From Actinomycetota bacterium (GTDB lineage: Bacteria; Actinomycetota; UBA4738; HRBIN12), in contig VAYX01000015.1 of the NCBI GenBank assembly GCA_005885325.1, positions 1 to 53,151 on the forward strand: a stretch of 53,151 nt of DNA, given 5' to 3'. The position numbers were made by a program, and so were the translations under genes. Shown in pieces: positions 24,412 through 34,966 of the stretch (position 1 is the stretch's first letter; every line of letters begins with the position of its first letter). Under the pieces are notes generated by a model. It was given only the letters and a program-made list of their open reading frames with translations. It did not search any database and had not been told where the DNA came from.

Positions 24412-26982
24412 CCCGAAGCTGAGGCCGCCGCCTTCGGCGTCGACCTCCACCTCGTCACCCTCCGCGATCTCGCCGGCCAGCAGCTTGACCGCCAGCACGT
24501 CCTGGACCTCCCGCTGCAGGAGCCGCTTCAAGGGACGGGCCCCGTACGAGGGGTCGAACCCCTTGTTCGCCAGGTACTCGCGAGCGGCGTCGGTGAGGCT
24601 GATCGCGAGCTTGCGCCCCTCCAGCCGGTGCTGGAGCACACGGACCTGGATGTCCACGATCTGGGCGATCTCGTCCCGGCCGAGCGGCTGGAACACGATG
24701 ATCTCGTCGACCCGGTTCACGAACTCGGGTCGGAAGGTCGCGCGGACCTCGGCCATCACCTTCTCCGTCCGCTCCTCCGCGGACGACCCCGGGTCGGCGA
24801 ACAGGAACCCTCCGAGGTTGGAGGTCATGATGACCACGGTGTTGCGGAAGTCCACCGTCCGGCCCTGCCCGTCGGTGAGACGGCCGTCGTCGAGCAGCTG
24901 CAACAGCACGTTGAACGCATCCTGGTGCGCCTTCTCGATCTCGTCCAGCAGCACGACGGAGTACGGGCGCCTGCGCACCGCCTCGGTGAGCTGTCCGCCC
25001 TCGTCGTAGCCGACGTATCCGGGCGGCGCGCCGATCAGTCGCGACACGGTGTGTCGCTCCTGGTACTCGCTCATGTCGATCCGGACCATGGCCCGCTCGT
25101 CGTCGAAGAGGAACTCCGCGAGCGCTCGCGCCAGCTCGGTCTTCCCCACGCCCGTCGGCCCGAGGAACACGAACGAGCCGATCGGCCTGCTCGGGTCGGA
25201 CAGCCCGGCCCGGGTGCGGCGGATGGCGTTCGACACGGCCTCGACCGCCTCGTGCTGATCGACGACCCGCTGGTGCAGCTCGTCCTCCATCCTGACCAGT
25301 TTCTGCATCTCGCCCTCCATGAGGCGCGAGACCGGGATGCCGGTCCACGTGGAGACGACCTCCGCCACGTCCTCCCCGTCGACCTCCTCCTTCAGCATCT
25401 TGCGGTCGCGCTGGATCTCGGCGAGCTTCGCGTTCTCCTCGTCCATCGAGCTCGCGAGCTCCACGAGCCTTCCGTACCGGAGCTCGGCGGCCCGCTCCAG
25501 ATCCCCGTCGCGTTCCGCCCGCTCGGCCTCGCTCCTGGCCGCCTCGATCTCAGAGCCGATCTGGCGGATCCGGTCGATATGCTCCTTCTCCCGGTGCCAG
25601 TGAGCCTTCATGGCGGCCGAACGCTCCTGGAGATCGGCCAGCTCCCGTTCCAGGCGGGCCAGCCGCTCCTTCGACGCGTCGTCCGTCTCCTTTCGAAGGG
25701 CGGCCCGCTCGATCTCGAGCTGTTTCATCCGCCGCTCGACCTCGTCGATCTCCGTCGGCATCGAGTCGATCTCGATCCGGAGCCGGGACGCGCCCTCGTC
25801 GATGAGGTCGATCGCCTTGTCCGGGAGGAACCGGCCGCTCACGTAGCGGCTGGAGAGCAGGGCCGCCGCGACCAGGGCGGAGTCCTGGATCCTGACTCCG
25901 TGGTGCACCTCGTACCGCTCCTTCAGGCCCCGGAGGATGGCGATCGTGTCCTGCACCGAGGGCTCCTCCACCAGAACCGGCTGGAACCGCCGCTCCAGGG
26001 CCGGATCCTTCTCCACGTGCTTGCGGTACTCGTCGAGCGTGGTCGCGCCGATGGCCCGGAGCTCGCCACGGGCGAGCATCGGCTTCAGCATGTTGCCCGC
26101 GTCGACGGCGCCTTCCGCCGCACCGGCGCCGACGACCGTGTGCAGCTCGTCGATGAACGTGATGATCTGGCCCTCGCTCTCGGCGATCTCCCGCAGCACC
26201 GCCTTGAACCGTTCCTCGAACTCCCCGCGGTACTTCGATCCCGCGATAAGCGCCCCGATGTCCAGGGCCACCACCCGTTTGTCCTTCAGCGACTCGGGGA
26301 CGTCCCCGGCCACGATCCTCTGGGCCAGTCCCTCGACGATGGCGGTCTTGCCCACGCCGGGCTCGCCGATCAGGACCGGGTTGTTCTTCGTCCTTCGGGA
26401 GAGCACTTGGATCACCCGGCGCACCTCGTCGTCCCGGCCGATGACGGGATCGAGCTTCCCGCGCCGCGCCAGGTCCGTGAGATCGCGCCCGTAGCGCTCG
26501 AGGGCCTGATATTTCTCCTCCGGACTCTGGTCGGTGACGCGCTGCCGGCCGCGCACCTCGGCCAGGGCCGCAAGGACGCCATCGGACTCCAGGCCCACGT
26601 CGCGGAGGAGCCGCGCGGCGCCCGTGTCCTCGTCCACGAGGCCCAGGAACAGATGCTCGGTGGAGACGTACTCGTCGGTCAGCTTCTGGGCTTCCGCGAA
26701 CGCTCGCTCGAGTACGACGCCCGTGGCCTGCGACAGCCGGACCTCGGCGCCCTGGGCGTACACCTTCGGGATCCGATCCAGCGCCTCGTCGACGCGGTCC
26801 CTCAGCGTGCGGGGCGAGATCCCCAGACGGTGCAAGAGCGGGTAGATCACCCCGTCCGGGTCCGAGAGCAGCGCGAACAGGACGTGCTCGGGTTCGACGG
26901 CCTGGTGGCTGCGGGCGAGGGCCTGCTCCCGCGCCGCCTCCAGCGCGGCCTGTGATTTCATCGTCAGCTTGTTCGGGTCCAC
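24397..26982 (-). CDS. clpB: ATP-dependent chaperone/disaggregase ClpB
   Basis: Two AAA+ modules ([16 protein letters not shown]) and a long coiled-coil middle domain. GTG 26982 gives the N-terminus (M)[13 protein letters not shown], typical of ClpB, and is preceded by AAGGAG with a 10-nt spacer. Confidence 0.95.
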   Translation of the reverse strand: MDPNKLTMKSQAALEAAREQALARSHQAVEPEHVLFALLSDPDGVIYPLLHRLGISPRTLRDRVDEALDRIPKVYAQGAEVRLSQATGVVLERAFAEAQKLTDEYVSTEHLFLGLVDEDTGAARLLRDVGLESDGVLAALAEVRGRQRVTDQSPEEKYQALERYGRDLTDLARRGKLDPVIGRDDEVRRVIQVLSRRTKNNPVLIGEPGVGKTAIVEGLAQRIVAGDVPESLKDKRVVALDIGALIAGSKYRGEFEERFKAVLREIAESEGQIITFIDELHTVVGAGAAEGAVDAGNMLKPMLARGELRAIGATTLDEYRKHVEKDPALERRFQPVLVEEPSVQDTIAILRGLKERYEVHHGVRIQDSALVAAALLSSRYVSGRFLPDKAIDLIDEGASRLRIEIDSMPTEIDEVERRMKQLEIERAALRKETDDASKERLARLERELADLQERSAAMKAHWHREKEHIDRIRQIGSEIEAARSEAERAERDGDLERAAELRYGRLVELASSMDEENAKLAEIQRDRKMLKEEVDGEDVAEVVSTWTGIPVSRLMEGEMQKLVRMEDELHQRVVDQHEAVEAVSNAIRRTRAGLSDPSRPIGSFVFLGPTGVGKTELARALAEFLFDDERAMVRIDMSEYQERHTVSRLIGAPPGYVGYDEGGQLTEAVRRRPYSVVLLDEIEKAHQDAFNVLLQLLDDGRLTDGQGRTVDFRNTVVIMTSNLGGFLFADPGSSAEERTEKVMAEVRATFRPEFVNRVDEIIVFQPLGRDEIAQIVDIQVRVLQHRLEGRKLAISLTDAAREYLANKGFDPSYGARPLKRLLQREVQDVLAVKLLAGEIAEGDEVEVDAEGGGLSFGVRRT

Positions 26983-27512
26983 TGGTCCTTCACTCCTTCG
27001 TAGTCGTTCCTGGTCATCCCGTACATCACGCAATCGGCGCCACCGCCGTCGGCAGCAGGAAGGAACTGGCGTTGCACGCCTTCCTCGACGAACCCGAGGC
27101 GTTCGAAGACCCGGCGCATCGCGGCATTGTCGGGAGTCGTTCCTCCCTCGACCCGCCGCGCCTCCTCCCGGTCGAACAGGTGCCGAACGAGCATGGCCAT
27201 GGCTTCGGTCCCGTACCCCTTGCCCCGATGGTCCGGGTCGAACAGCTCGATGCCGATACCGAACACACCCCGCGGGAGCTGGGCCCGGTACGCCTGGATG
27301 TGGCCGACGAGGTCACCGTCCGCCTCGATCGCCAGGGCCAGGCCCCAGCCCGTCAGCGTCCCGGACTGCTCGATGCGCTCGCGGAGCTCGTCGTCGCCGA
27401 AGCTCCCGGGGGACACGGTGGCATCCGCTCGCTCCCGGGCCGACCGCAGCATGTCGAACTCCTCGGACCGAAGCGGTCGCAGGCGCACGCGCGCTCCCGC
27501 AAGGACGATCAT
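26964..27512 (-). CDS. GNAT family N-acetyltransferase (RimJ/RimL-like)
   Basis: RLRPL..D......W; the acetyl-CoA loop [10 protein letters not shown]; FERLGF. ATG 27512 overlaps the hspR stop (ATGA). The 3' end overlaps the clpB start by 19 nt. Confidence 0.8.
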   Translation of the reverse strand: MIVLAGARVRLRPLRSEEFDMLRSARERADATVSPGSFGDDELRERIEQSGTLTGWGLALAIEADGDLVGHIQAYRAQLPRGVFGIGIELFDPDHRGKGYGTEAMAMLVRHLFDREEARRVEGGTTPDNAAMRRVFERLGFVEEGVQRQFLPAADGGGADCVMYGMTRNDYEGVKDQWTRTS

Positions 27513-27934
27513 CGAGACGTGCCCCCGCTCAGCCAAGGGAACGCCGAAATCGTGCGAAGCGGCACGATCTCCATCGCCGCCGAGGACGGACCGAGCGCGA
27601 CGGGACGGCCTCGGCGAACCCGCCGGAGCTCCGACTCCAGCTCCACGGCGCGCCGCCGAAGCTCCTCCAGCTGCGTCTCGAGCTCCATGATCATCTTCAC
27701 GCCGGCCAGGTTGATACCCAGGCCCTGCGTGAGCTGCTGGATCACCTGGAGCCTGGCGATGTCTCGCTCCGAATAGCGCCGGGTGTTGCCCGAGGTCCGT
27801 TTGGGGCTCAGCAAGCCCTTCCGCTCGTAGATGCGAAGCGTCTGCGGGTGCACGCCGGCGAGCTCTGCCGCCACGCTAATGATGTAGACCGCTCGGTCCT
27901 GCCCCCGGTCGCTTCGATTGTCTCGCGCTGCCAT
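27509..27934 (-). CDS. hspR: MerR-family heat-shock repressor HspR
   Basis: YIISVAAELAGVHPQTLRIYERKGLLSPKRTSGNTRRYSERDI, located immediately after dnaJ. Confidence 0.9.
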   Translation of the reverse strand: MAARDNRSDRGQDRAVYIISVAAELAGVHPQTLRIYERKGLLSPKRTSGNTRRYSERDIARLQVIQQLTQGLGINLAGVKMIMELETQLEELRRRAVELESELRRVRRGRPVALGPSSAAMEIVPLRTISAFPWLSGGTSR

Positions 27935-27952
27935 GGACTCTCCGCTCCTCCC

Positions 27953-29092
27953 CTACGCGTCCACCCCGAGCCGCTTCCGCGGCGACTCGCGTTCCATCTC
28001 CTTGAGCTGCTTCAGCAGGTGCTTCTCGTCGCGGGACAACCGCTGCGGCACCTCCACGTTGACCGTGACGAGCAGGTCGCCCTGGCCGCCCTTCTTCGGC
28101 GCGCCCTTGCCCCGGATCCGGAAGGTCCTGCCCGACTGCGTGCCGGAGGGGATCTTGAGCGTCACCGGACCGTTCAGGGTGGGAACGTCGACGTTCGCGC
28201 CCAGGGCCGCTTCCGCGAACGTGATGGGGAGCGCGAGAGTGAGATCGCTCCCCTTGCGTCCGAACACCTTGTGAGGCGCCACGTGCACGACGACGTACAG
28301 GTCGCCGGCCCCCCCGCCCGCAGGACCGGCCTCCCCGCGTCCCGCGAGCCGGATGCGGGCCCCGTCCTTCACACCGGCCGGGACCTTGACCTGGAAGCTG
28401 CGGGTGGTCCGGACGCTGCCCGAACCGCGACATGTCGGGCAAGGATGCTCCACGATCCGGCCGGCGCCCCGGCACCGAGGACAGGTCTGCGACATCTGGA
28501 AGAACCCCTGGTTGACGCTGACCGATCCGAGCCCACCGCACTGAGGACAGGTGACGGGCGTCGTCCCGGGCTCCGCGCCCGACCCACCGCAGGTGGGGCA
28601 GGGCGCGGGGCCCTGGATGCGCACCGGGACGGTGGTCCCTCGCATGGCGTCGTCGAAGGAGACCCGAACCTCGGTCTCGAGGTCGGCGCCGCGGGCGGCG
28701 GTCCGCTGCCCCCGGCCCCGGCCGGTGAACACGCTGAACAGGTCCCCCAGGTCGCCGACGTCACCGAACCCGACGTCCTCGAACCGCACCCTTCCCCCGG
28801 GGCCCGGCCGGCCCCCTCCGGGGAAACCGCCGGCCCCGAACCCCGAGGCCGCCATGTCCCGGACCTGGTCGTACTGCGCGCGCTTCTCCTGGTCGCCGAC
28901 GACGTCGTAGGCCGCCGAGATCTCCTTGAACCGTTCCTCGGCGGACTTGTCTCCGGCGTTGGCGTCCGGGTGGTACTGCTGCGCGAGCTTGCGGTATGCC
29001 TTCTTGATCTCCGCCTGGGACGCGTTCTTGGCCACGCCGAGGACCTGGTAGTAGTCCTTGTCGAACCACTCGCGCCGGACGTCGCCGTTCAT
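27953..29092 (-). CDS. dnaJ: molecular chaperone DnaJ
   Basis: J domain ([11 protein letters not shown]), a G/F region, and four CxxCxGxG zinc motifs. Confidence 0.95.
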   Translation of the reverse strand: MNGDVRREWFDKDYYQVLGVAKNASQAEIKKAYRKLAQQYHPDANAGDKSAEERFKEISAAYDVVGDQEKRAQYDQVRDMAASGFGAGGFPGGGRPGPGGRVRFEDVGFGDVGDLGDLFSVFTGRGRGQRTAARGADLETEVRVSFDDAMRGTTVPVRIQGPAPCPTCGGSGAEPGTTPVTCPQCGGLGSVSVNQGFFQMSQTCPRCRGAGRIVEHPCPTCRGSGSVRTTRSFQVKVPAGVKDGARIRLAGRGEAGPAGGGAGDLYVVVHVAPHKVFGRKGSDLTLALPITFAEAALGANVDVPTLNGPVTLKIPSGTQSGRTFRIRGKGAPKKGGQGDLLVTVNVEVPQRLSRDEKHLLKQLKEMERESPRKRLGVDA

Positions 29093-29102
29093 CGGCGACC
29101 CC

Positions 29103-29696
29103 TCAGCGCTCGTGCGTGACGCGCACGCCGGCCGGACGGACCACCCGGCCCTTCAACGTGTATCCCTGGCGCAGGACGTCGGCGACGACGGGCTCGCCAT
29201 CGCCGCCACCCGACCCCATGAGGGCCTCGTGGCGCTCCGGGTCGAACGGCTTGCCCTGGGCGTCGATCCGCTCGAGGCCCTCGGCCCCGAGCGTCTCGGC
29301 GAGCTTGGCGTAGACGAGCTCCACGCCGTGGAGGAACCGGTCGAAGTCCGGCTTCTGCTCTGCGGCCATCAGGGCGAGCTCGAACTCGTCGAGGACCTCG
29401 AGCATCCGTCGGACGATCGGCTCGGCGGCCAGCTCCAGGGCCCGGGTCTGTTCCTTCAGCACGCGCTTGCGGTAGTTGTCGAACTCCGCCTGGAGTCGCA
29501 TCAGGTGATCCCGGTATTCGGCCGCCTCCTTGCGGGCCGCGGCCAGCTCCGCCTCAGGAGTGGAGCGTGGGTCCCCCGATCCCGGCGCCTCCGAAGGGGT
29601 GGCCACGGCTCCCTCCTCCCTGACCCGTCGCCGATCGGTCACCTTGACCTTGGGCCGGCCTGCCGGCCGGTCGCCGGTGCGATCGTTCTCGCTCAT
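29103..29696 (-). CDS. grpE: nucleotide exchange factor GrpE
   Basis: [18 protein letters not shown], and position in the operon. ATG 29696 overlaps the dnaK stop (ATGA). The upstream part of track ORF 29103..29960 is rejected. Confidence 0.9.
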   Translation of the reverse strand: MSENDRTGDRPAGRPKVKVTDRRRVREEGAVATPSEAPGSGDPRSTPEAELAAARKEAAEYRDHLMRLQAEFDNYRKRVLKEQTRALELAAEPIVRRMLEVLDEFELALMAAEQKPDFDRFLHGVELVYAKLAETLGAEGLERIDAQGKPFDPERHEALMGSGGGDGEPVVADVLRQGYTLKGRVVRPAGVRVTHER

Positions 29697-31540
29697 GAAC
29701 CGCTTCCCTCGTCCACGATCTCGCCCTCGACGACGTCTCCCTCGCCGCCCTCGGACGCGCTCTCGGCCGGGCCCTGCTGCGGCCCGGCCTGAGCCTGGGT
29801 CTGCTGGTACATGGCCTGGCCGATGCGGGAGAAGACCTGCATGGTGGCCTCCGTCGCCGAACGGATCCTGGCGACGTCCTCCCCCTTCAGCGCCTCCTTC
29901 AGCTCGTCGTTCGCCTTCTTGAGCTCCTCGCGGTCGGCCTCCTGGACCTTCTCGCCCCACTCCTGGAGCGACCGGTCGATCTGGTAGCTGAGCTGGTCCC
30001 CCGCGTTGCGAGCTTCGGCCGCCTCGCGCCTCGTGTGGTCCTCGGCCGCGAACTTCTCGGCGTCCTTCACCATGCGGTCGATGTCGTCCTTCGACAGGGC
30101 CGTCCCACCGGTGATGGTCATCTGCTGCTCCTTGCCGGTGGCCAGGTCCTTGGCCGAGACGTTCACGATCCCGTTCGCGTCGATGTCGAAGGCGACCTCG
30201 ATCTGCGGCATGCCGCGAGGCGCCGGCGGGATGCCCATCAGGTGGAACTTCCCGAGGGAGCGCACGCCGGGCGAGAACACGGTCTCGGCCTCACCCTGAA
30301 GGACGTGGATCTCCACGGTCGTCTGGTTGTCGTCCGCGGTCGTGAAGATCTCGCTCTTGCGGGTTGGGATGGTCGTGTTCCGCTCGATGAGCTTGGTGAA
30401 GATCCCGCCCTTGGTCTCCACCCCGAGCGTGAGCGGCGTGACGTCGAGGAGCAGGATGTCCTTGACGTCACCCTTCAGCACGCCCGCCTGGACGGCTGCG
30501 CCGACCGCGACGACCTCGTCCGGGTTGACCCCCTTGTGCGGCTCCTGGCCGCCGGTGAGCTTGCGGACGAGGTCCTGGATCATCGGCATGCGCGTGGCGC
30601 CGCCGACCAGGATCACGTGGTCGATGGCCGAGACGTCCTTGCCCCAATCCTTCACGGCCTGGCGGAACGGCACCTCGGTCCGCTCGACCAGGTCGGCGGT
30701 CATCCGCTCGAACTCCGACCGGGTGAGCTTCATCTCCAGGTGCAGTGGGCCTTCGGCCGTCGCCGTGACGAAGGGGAGGTTGATGGTGGTCTCGGCAACC
30801 TGGGACAGCTCGATCTTGGCCTTCTCCGCCGCCTCCTTCAGGCGCTGGAGAGCCATCCGGTCGGCCGAGAGGTCCACGCCGTGGGCGTTCTTGAACTCCT
30901 TCACCATCCAGTCGATGACCCGCTGGTCCCAGTCGTCGCCCCCGAGGTGCGTGTCACCGTGGGTCGCCTTGACCTCGAAGACCCCTTCGCCGATCTCCAG
31001 GAGGGACACGTCGAACGTCCCGCCGCCAAGGTCGAACACGAGGATCGTCTGGTCGTGCTGCTTGTCCAGCCCGTAGGCGAGCGACGCCGCAGTGGGCTCG
31101 TTGATGATCCGAAGGACCTCCAGGCCGGCAATCTGGCCAGCCTCCTTCGTTGCCTGGCGCTGTGCGTCGTCGAAGTACGCGGGCACGGTGACGACGGCCT
31201 GCGCGACCGAATCGCCCAGGTAGGCCTCGGCGTCCCGCTTCAGCTTCATCAGGATCTGGGCAGAGATCTCCTGGGGGGTCCACCGCTTCCCGTCGATCTC
31301 GACGTGCCAGTCCTTCCGCCCCATCTCGCGCTTCACGGAGCGGACGGTTCGGTCCGGGTTGGTGATGGCCTGCCGTTTGGCCACCTCACCGACCAGGATC
31401 TCGCCATTCCTGGAGAACCCGACCACCGAGGGGGTGGTCCGGGAGCCCTCCGCGTTGGGGATGACCACGGGCTCGCCCGCCTCCAGGACGGACACCACCG
31501 AGTTGGTCGTCCCCAGGTCGATTCCCACGGCTCGTGGCAT
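29693..31540 (-). CDS. dnaK: molecular chaperone DnaK (Hsp70)
   Basis: [30 protein letters not shown]. Confidence 0.97.
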   Translation of the reverse strand: MPRAVGIDLGTTNSVVSVLEAGEPVVIPNAEGSRTTPSVVGFSRNGEILVGEVAKRQAITNPDRTVRSVKREMGRKDWHVEIDGKRWTPQEISAQILMKLKRDAEAYLGDSVAQAVVTVPAYFDDAQRQATKEAGQIAGLEVLRIINEPTAASLAYGLDKQHDQTILVFDLGGGTFDVSLLEIGEGVFEVKATHGDTHLGGDDWDQRVIDWMVKEFKNAHGVDLSADRMALQRLKEAAEKAKIELSQVAETTINLPFVTATAEGPLHLEMKLTRSEFERMTADLVERTEVPFRQAVKDWGKDVSAIDHVILVGGATRMPMIQDLVRKLTGGQEPHKGVNPDEVVAVGAAVQAGVLKGDVKDILLLDVTPLTLGVETKGGIFTKLIERNTTIPTRKSEIFTTADDNQTTVEIHVLQGEAETVFSPGVRSLGKFHLMGIPPAPRGMPQIEVAFDIDANGIVNVSAKDLATGKEQQMTITGGTALSKDDIDRMVKDAEKFAAEDHTRREAAEARNAGDQLSYQIDRSLQEWGEKVQEADREELKKANDELKEALKGEDVARIRSATEATMQVFSRIGQAMYQQTQAQAGPQQGPAESASEGGEGDVVEGEIVDEGSGS

Positions 31541-31578
31541 GAGCGAATCCTCCTGAGTGCGTGCTTGATCTGCATCGC

Positions 31579-31608
31579 AGGATAAAGTCTGAGTCTCTCA
31601 CTGTCAAG
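31579..31608 (-). promoter_or_regulatory. putative dnaK promoter (TTGACA-17 nt-TATCCT) overlapping an imperfect HAIR-like HspR operator
   Basis: The minus strand reads ccTTGACAgtgagagactcagacttTATCCTgcg. CTTGACA-N7-ACTCAGA compared with the HAIR consensus CTTGAGT-N7-ACTCAAG matches 5 of 7 positions in each arm. AGGAGG lies 7 nt before the ATG. Confidence 0.5.
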
Positions 31609-31678
31609 GTTGGGCATCCCCGGGGCACGGCTGAGCGGCGCGGGGTCGAGCAGGTGGGCCAGGCGGGGAGCGGGGCCG

Positions 31679-32629
31679 TCAGGTGGTCGAAGACGGCCCG
31701 GGGGGCCCGGGCGGGGGGGCACCGGCGAGGGGCGGGGGCGCGGGAGGAAGAGAGGCTTCCCCTTGAGGCCGCCGAGGCCCCATGCCGCCCACGAACAGGG
31801 CCGCCGCGAGCAGGAGGATCCCGGCGGCGAGGGCGGCGATCGCTCCGCCCGTCGAGTCGCCGGCGTGCTCGACGACGATCCCACCAGAGACCAGGAGGAG
31901 CCCCGCGATGCCCAGCCCCTGCACGGGGCTATCCCCGAGCCACTCCCCCAGCACCAGCAGGCCCCCGGCCGTGGCCAAGGAGAGCAACTCGCCCGCGACG
32001 CGGGTCCGGGTGAACAGCAGCGGTCCAACGATCGCCGCGATCGAACCGAGCACCATCCCGGTTCGAACCGGCCCCACGATCCGGCGGATGGCCAGGAACA
32101 GCCACACGCCCCCGAAAGCCCAGATCAGCATGGCCATCCCGGTCAGGTCGGGGATCCCGAAGTACGACGGCTCCGGGAACACCATCGACACCAGGACGGC
32201 GAGCAGCGCCAGGAACAGGAAGACCTCCTGGAGGCTCCGCCGGAGGTGCAACCAGAGCACGGCGCCGATAGCCACGCCCAGGAGGGACGACACGATCGCT
32301 CCCCCACGTCCGTCGAGCCCCGCGATCTCCCCGATAAAGATGGTGACGGCGACGGACCAGGCCTCTGCGCCGCCGAACCACAGGACGCTCCGCATCCGAA
32401 GGCCCCGCTCCGCAGGATGAAGGCCGAACAGGTACCCCGTCCCCAGCAGCCCGGCCGCGACGACCAGAGCGATGGCCAGCGCTCCACCCTCCGAGAGGTC
32501 CTGGATCTGCGCCGCGGCCGCCAAGGTAGCGGCGGCGCCCACGGCCGCGCCGATGTACCCGAGGATCTCGACGGCCGTCTCCTTCGTCACCACCGACGGC
32601 CTCTGCTGTGCGCCTGCCCCTGGGTCCAT
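31679..32629 (-). CDS. polytopic integral membrane protein with Pro-rich C-terminal tail, function unknown
   Basis: About 8-9 Gly/Ala/Leu-rich hydrophobic segments. Tail is PPAPPPLAGAPPPGPPGP. Confidence 0.7.
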   Translation of the reverse strand: MDPGAGAQQRPSVVTKETAVEILGYIGAAVGAAATLAAAAQIQDLSEGGALAIALVVAAGLLGTGYLFGLHPAERGLRMRSVLWFGGAEAWSVAVTIFIGEIAGLDGRGGAIVSSLLGVAIGAVLWLHLRRSLQEVFLFLALLAVLVSMVFPEPSYFGIPDLTGMAMLIWAFGGVWLFLAIRRIVGPVRTGMVLGSIAAIVGPLLFTRTRVAGELLSLATAGGLLVLGEWLGDSPVQGLGIAGLLLVSGGIVVEHAGDSTGGAIAALAAGILLLAAALFVGGMGPRRPQGEASLPPAPPPLAGAPPPGPPGPSSTT

Positions 32630-32704
32630 GACCTCTGCCGATCATGGCGCGGCCCGAGCCCGAGTCAACGACCGGCCGTCGATTCCGCATACACTCGCCC
32701 CTTG

Positions 32705-34720
32705 ATGCTCCTGCCTGCGGCGATCCTCCTGGCGCTCGTTGCCGCGGCCGTGGGACTCTTCGCCCGCCGGGCCCGCCTGCTGTACCGGTTGGTGCGCCTG
32801 GGCCGGCCGGTGGACCGAACGACTGACGTGCCGGTCAGGCTGGAGCGCGAAATGACCGTGGTGCTCGGCCAGCGAAAGCTGCTCCAGCGTCTGCTGCCGG
32901 GGCTGATGCATGCCTTCATCTTCTGGGGCTTCCTGGTCCTTCTGACCACGATCGTCGAGGCCATGGGCCAGGCCGTGGACCCGGACTTCGCCCTGCCGCT
33001 GATCGGCCACAGCGGGTGGCTCGGGTTGCTGCAGGACCTGTTCGCCGTCCTGGTGGTCGTCGGCGTCTGCCTGGCCTTCGCCATCCGCAAGGTCCAGCGG
33101 CCGGAGCGGTTCGTGGGCAGCCACATGCAGGAGGCCGACCTCATCCTGGTGTGGATCCTCGGCATCATGCTCACGCTGTTCGCGCTGAACGCGGTGCGGA
33201 TCGCCCGGGGAATGGCCGAGGCCCCTGCGGCCTGGACGCCGATCTCGCACGGGCTCGCTCGTGCGTTCGACCCCATGAGCCCGGCGGTGCTCCGCCTTTA
33301 CGAACCGTTCTTCCTCTGGATGCACCTCCTGCTCATCCTGGGGTTCCTGGTCTACATCCCGTATTCCAAGCACCTGCACATCCTGACCAGCTCCATCAAC
33401 GTGTTCTTCTCGAACACCAAGCCTCGGGGGTACCTGACGCCGCTGCGGATCGACGTGGACGCCCCCGACTCCGACGAGATCCGGCTCGGCGCCGCGACGG
33501 TCGAGGACCTCACGTGGAAGGAGGCACTGGACCTCTATGCCTGCACCGAATGCGGAAGATGTCAGAGCGCGTGTCCGGCATGGAACACGGGGAAACCGCT
33601 CTCGCCGAAGCTCCTGATCATGAACCTGCGGGACCACCTGTTCGAGGAAGGGCCGAAGATCCTCGATGCCGGAAGGACCTCGAGCGAGATCCAGAGGACC
33701 CCGCTCGTCCCGGAGGTCATCGACGAGGAGGTCCTGTGGGCCTGCACGACGTGCGGCGCGTGCATGCAGGAGTGTCCCGTGGACATCGAGCACATCGACC
33801 ACATCATCGACCTCCGCCGGAACCTGGTGATGGGTGAGTCTCGGTTCCCTCCCGAGTCGGCCGCGCTGCTTCGGAACCTGGAGACCGCCGGCAACCCGTG
33901 GGGCCAGCCTCAGTCGCAGCGCGCCGCGTGGGCCGAGGGGATGGATGTACCCCTGCTCGCCCAGGGCGAGCAGGCTCCCGAGTTCCTGTACTGGGTGGGA
34001 TGCGCCGGCTCGTTCGACGACCGGGCCCGCGGGGTCTCGCGCGCCGTGGCCGGCCTCCTGCGGGACGCCGGGGTGTCGTTCGCCATCCTCGGCCCGCAGG
34101 AGCTGTGCACCGGCGACCCGGCCCGCCGCATCGGGAACGAGTACCTGTTCCAGACGCTGGCGGAGCAGAACGTGGCCACGCTGGACGGCTCGGGCGTCAC
34201 CAAGATCGTGGCCAACTGCCCCCACTGCTTCAACACGCTCCGCAACGAGTACCCGGACTACGGCGGCCGGTACGAGGTGCTCCATCACACCCAGCTGCTC
34301 GCCCAGCTGGTCGACGAGGGCCGCATCCGACCCACGCAGCGGGTGCGCGCGCTTCTCGCCTATCACGACCCCTGCTACCTGGGACGGCACAACGACATCT
34401 ATGGGGAGCCCCGGCAGGTCCTGGAAACGGTCCCCGGCCTGTCCACCGTGGAGATGCCCCGCCATGGGAGCCGGGGCCTGTGCTGCGGAGCGGGGGGAGC
34501 CCGGATGTGGATGGAGGAGCGGATCGGCAAGCGCATCAACCGGGAGCGTATGGACGAGGCCGCCTCCACCGGCGCGGACATGGTCGGCGTGGCGTGCCCC
34601 TATTGCCTCGTGATGCTGGATGACGGGGCGCGGGCACGGGGCGACGAGATCGAGGTCGCCGACGTCGCGCAGGTCCTGGCCATGGCCACGTCCGGGGAAC
34701 GCCTAGTCCCTTCGGAGTAG
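32705..34720 (+). CDS. membrane-bound (Fe-S)-binding reductase: NarI/DsrM-like TM domain fused to an HdrD/GlpC/DsrK-like domain (Rv0338c type)
   Basis: Five N-terminal TM helices with conserved His (MHAFIFWG, WMHLLLILG, SKHLHI). Two ferredoxin motifs, CTECGRCQSACP and CTTCGACMQECP. Two CCG-type Cys-rich regions (WVGCAGSFD, HDPCYLGRH, LCCGAGG). The first 365 codons of track ORF 31610..34720 are antisense to the neighbouring gene and are rejected. Confidence 0.88.
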   Translation: MLLPAAILLALVAAAVGLFARRARLLYRLVRLGRPVDRTTDVPVRLEREMTVVLGQRKLLQRLLPGLMHAFIFWGFLVLLTTIVEAMGQAVDPDFALPLIGHSGWLGLLQDLFAVLVVVGVCLAFAIRKVQRPERFVGSHMQEADLILVWILGIMLTLFALNAVRIARGMAEAPAAWTPISHGLARAFDPMSPAVLRLYEPFFLWMHLLLILGFLVYIPYSKHLHILTSSINVFFSNTKPRGYLTPLRIDVDAPDSDEIRLGAATVEDLTWKEALDLYACTECGRCQSACPAWNTGKPLSPKLLIMNLRDHLFEEGPKILDAGRTSSEIQRTPLVPEVIDEEVLWACTTCGACMQECPVDIEHIDHIIDLRRNLVMGESRFPPESAALLRNLETAGNPWGQPQSQRAAWAEGMDVPLLAQGEQAPEFLYWVGCAGSFDDRARGVSRAVAGLLRDAGVSFAILGPQELCTGDPARRIGNEYLFQTLAEQNVATLDGSGVTKIVANCPHCFNTLRNEYPDYGGRYEVLHHTQLLAQLVDEGRIRPTQRVRALLAYHDPCYLGRHNDIYGEPRQVLETVPGLSTVEMPRHGSRGLCCGAGGARMWMEERIGKRINRERMDEAASTGADMVGVACPYCLVMLDDGARARGDEIEVADVAQVLAMATSGERLVPSE

Positions 34721-34878
34721 CCCCCCTTCCGACCTCGGCCGTTCCCTTGGGCCGACCGGTTCGCGCTCGCCGAGCCTCGCCGCCCCCGCCCCATGGCTTG
34801 CGTCAGCGCCGGCGGTTCAAGCGCGACCTCGAACCGTCCGAAGGAAGAACTAGACCGAACGGCTTGGCTTGGTCGAAC

Positions 34879-34899
34879 GGACGACCCCCGGTGTCGTCC
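34879..34899 (+). terminator. 7-bp GC hairpin downstream of the Fe-S reductase gene (no U-tract)
   Basis: GGACGAC-ccccggt-GTCGTCC. A second hairpin, GCACGGC-tgtgg-GCCGTGC, lies at 34926-34944. Confidence 0.3.
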
Positions 34900-34966
34900 G
34901 CGGTGGCAAAGGCGAGAGGCAGGCAGCACGGCTGTGGGCCGTGCCGGCCGAGAAGGAAGGGAACGG

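Noticed and set aside
26983-27060. Looked for a HAIR operator or promoter directly upstream of clpB.
   Set aside because: The region is entirely GNAT coding sequence, and no CTTGAGT-N7-ACTCAAG-like repeat was seen by eye.
31610-32704. N-terminal 365 codons of track ORF 31610..34720.
   Set aside because: This part is antisense to the polytopic membrane gene 31679..32629 and is Arg/Gly/Pro-rich. The Fe-S reductase starts at ATG 32705 with a hydrophobic helix.
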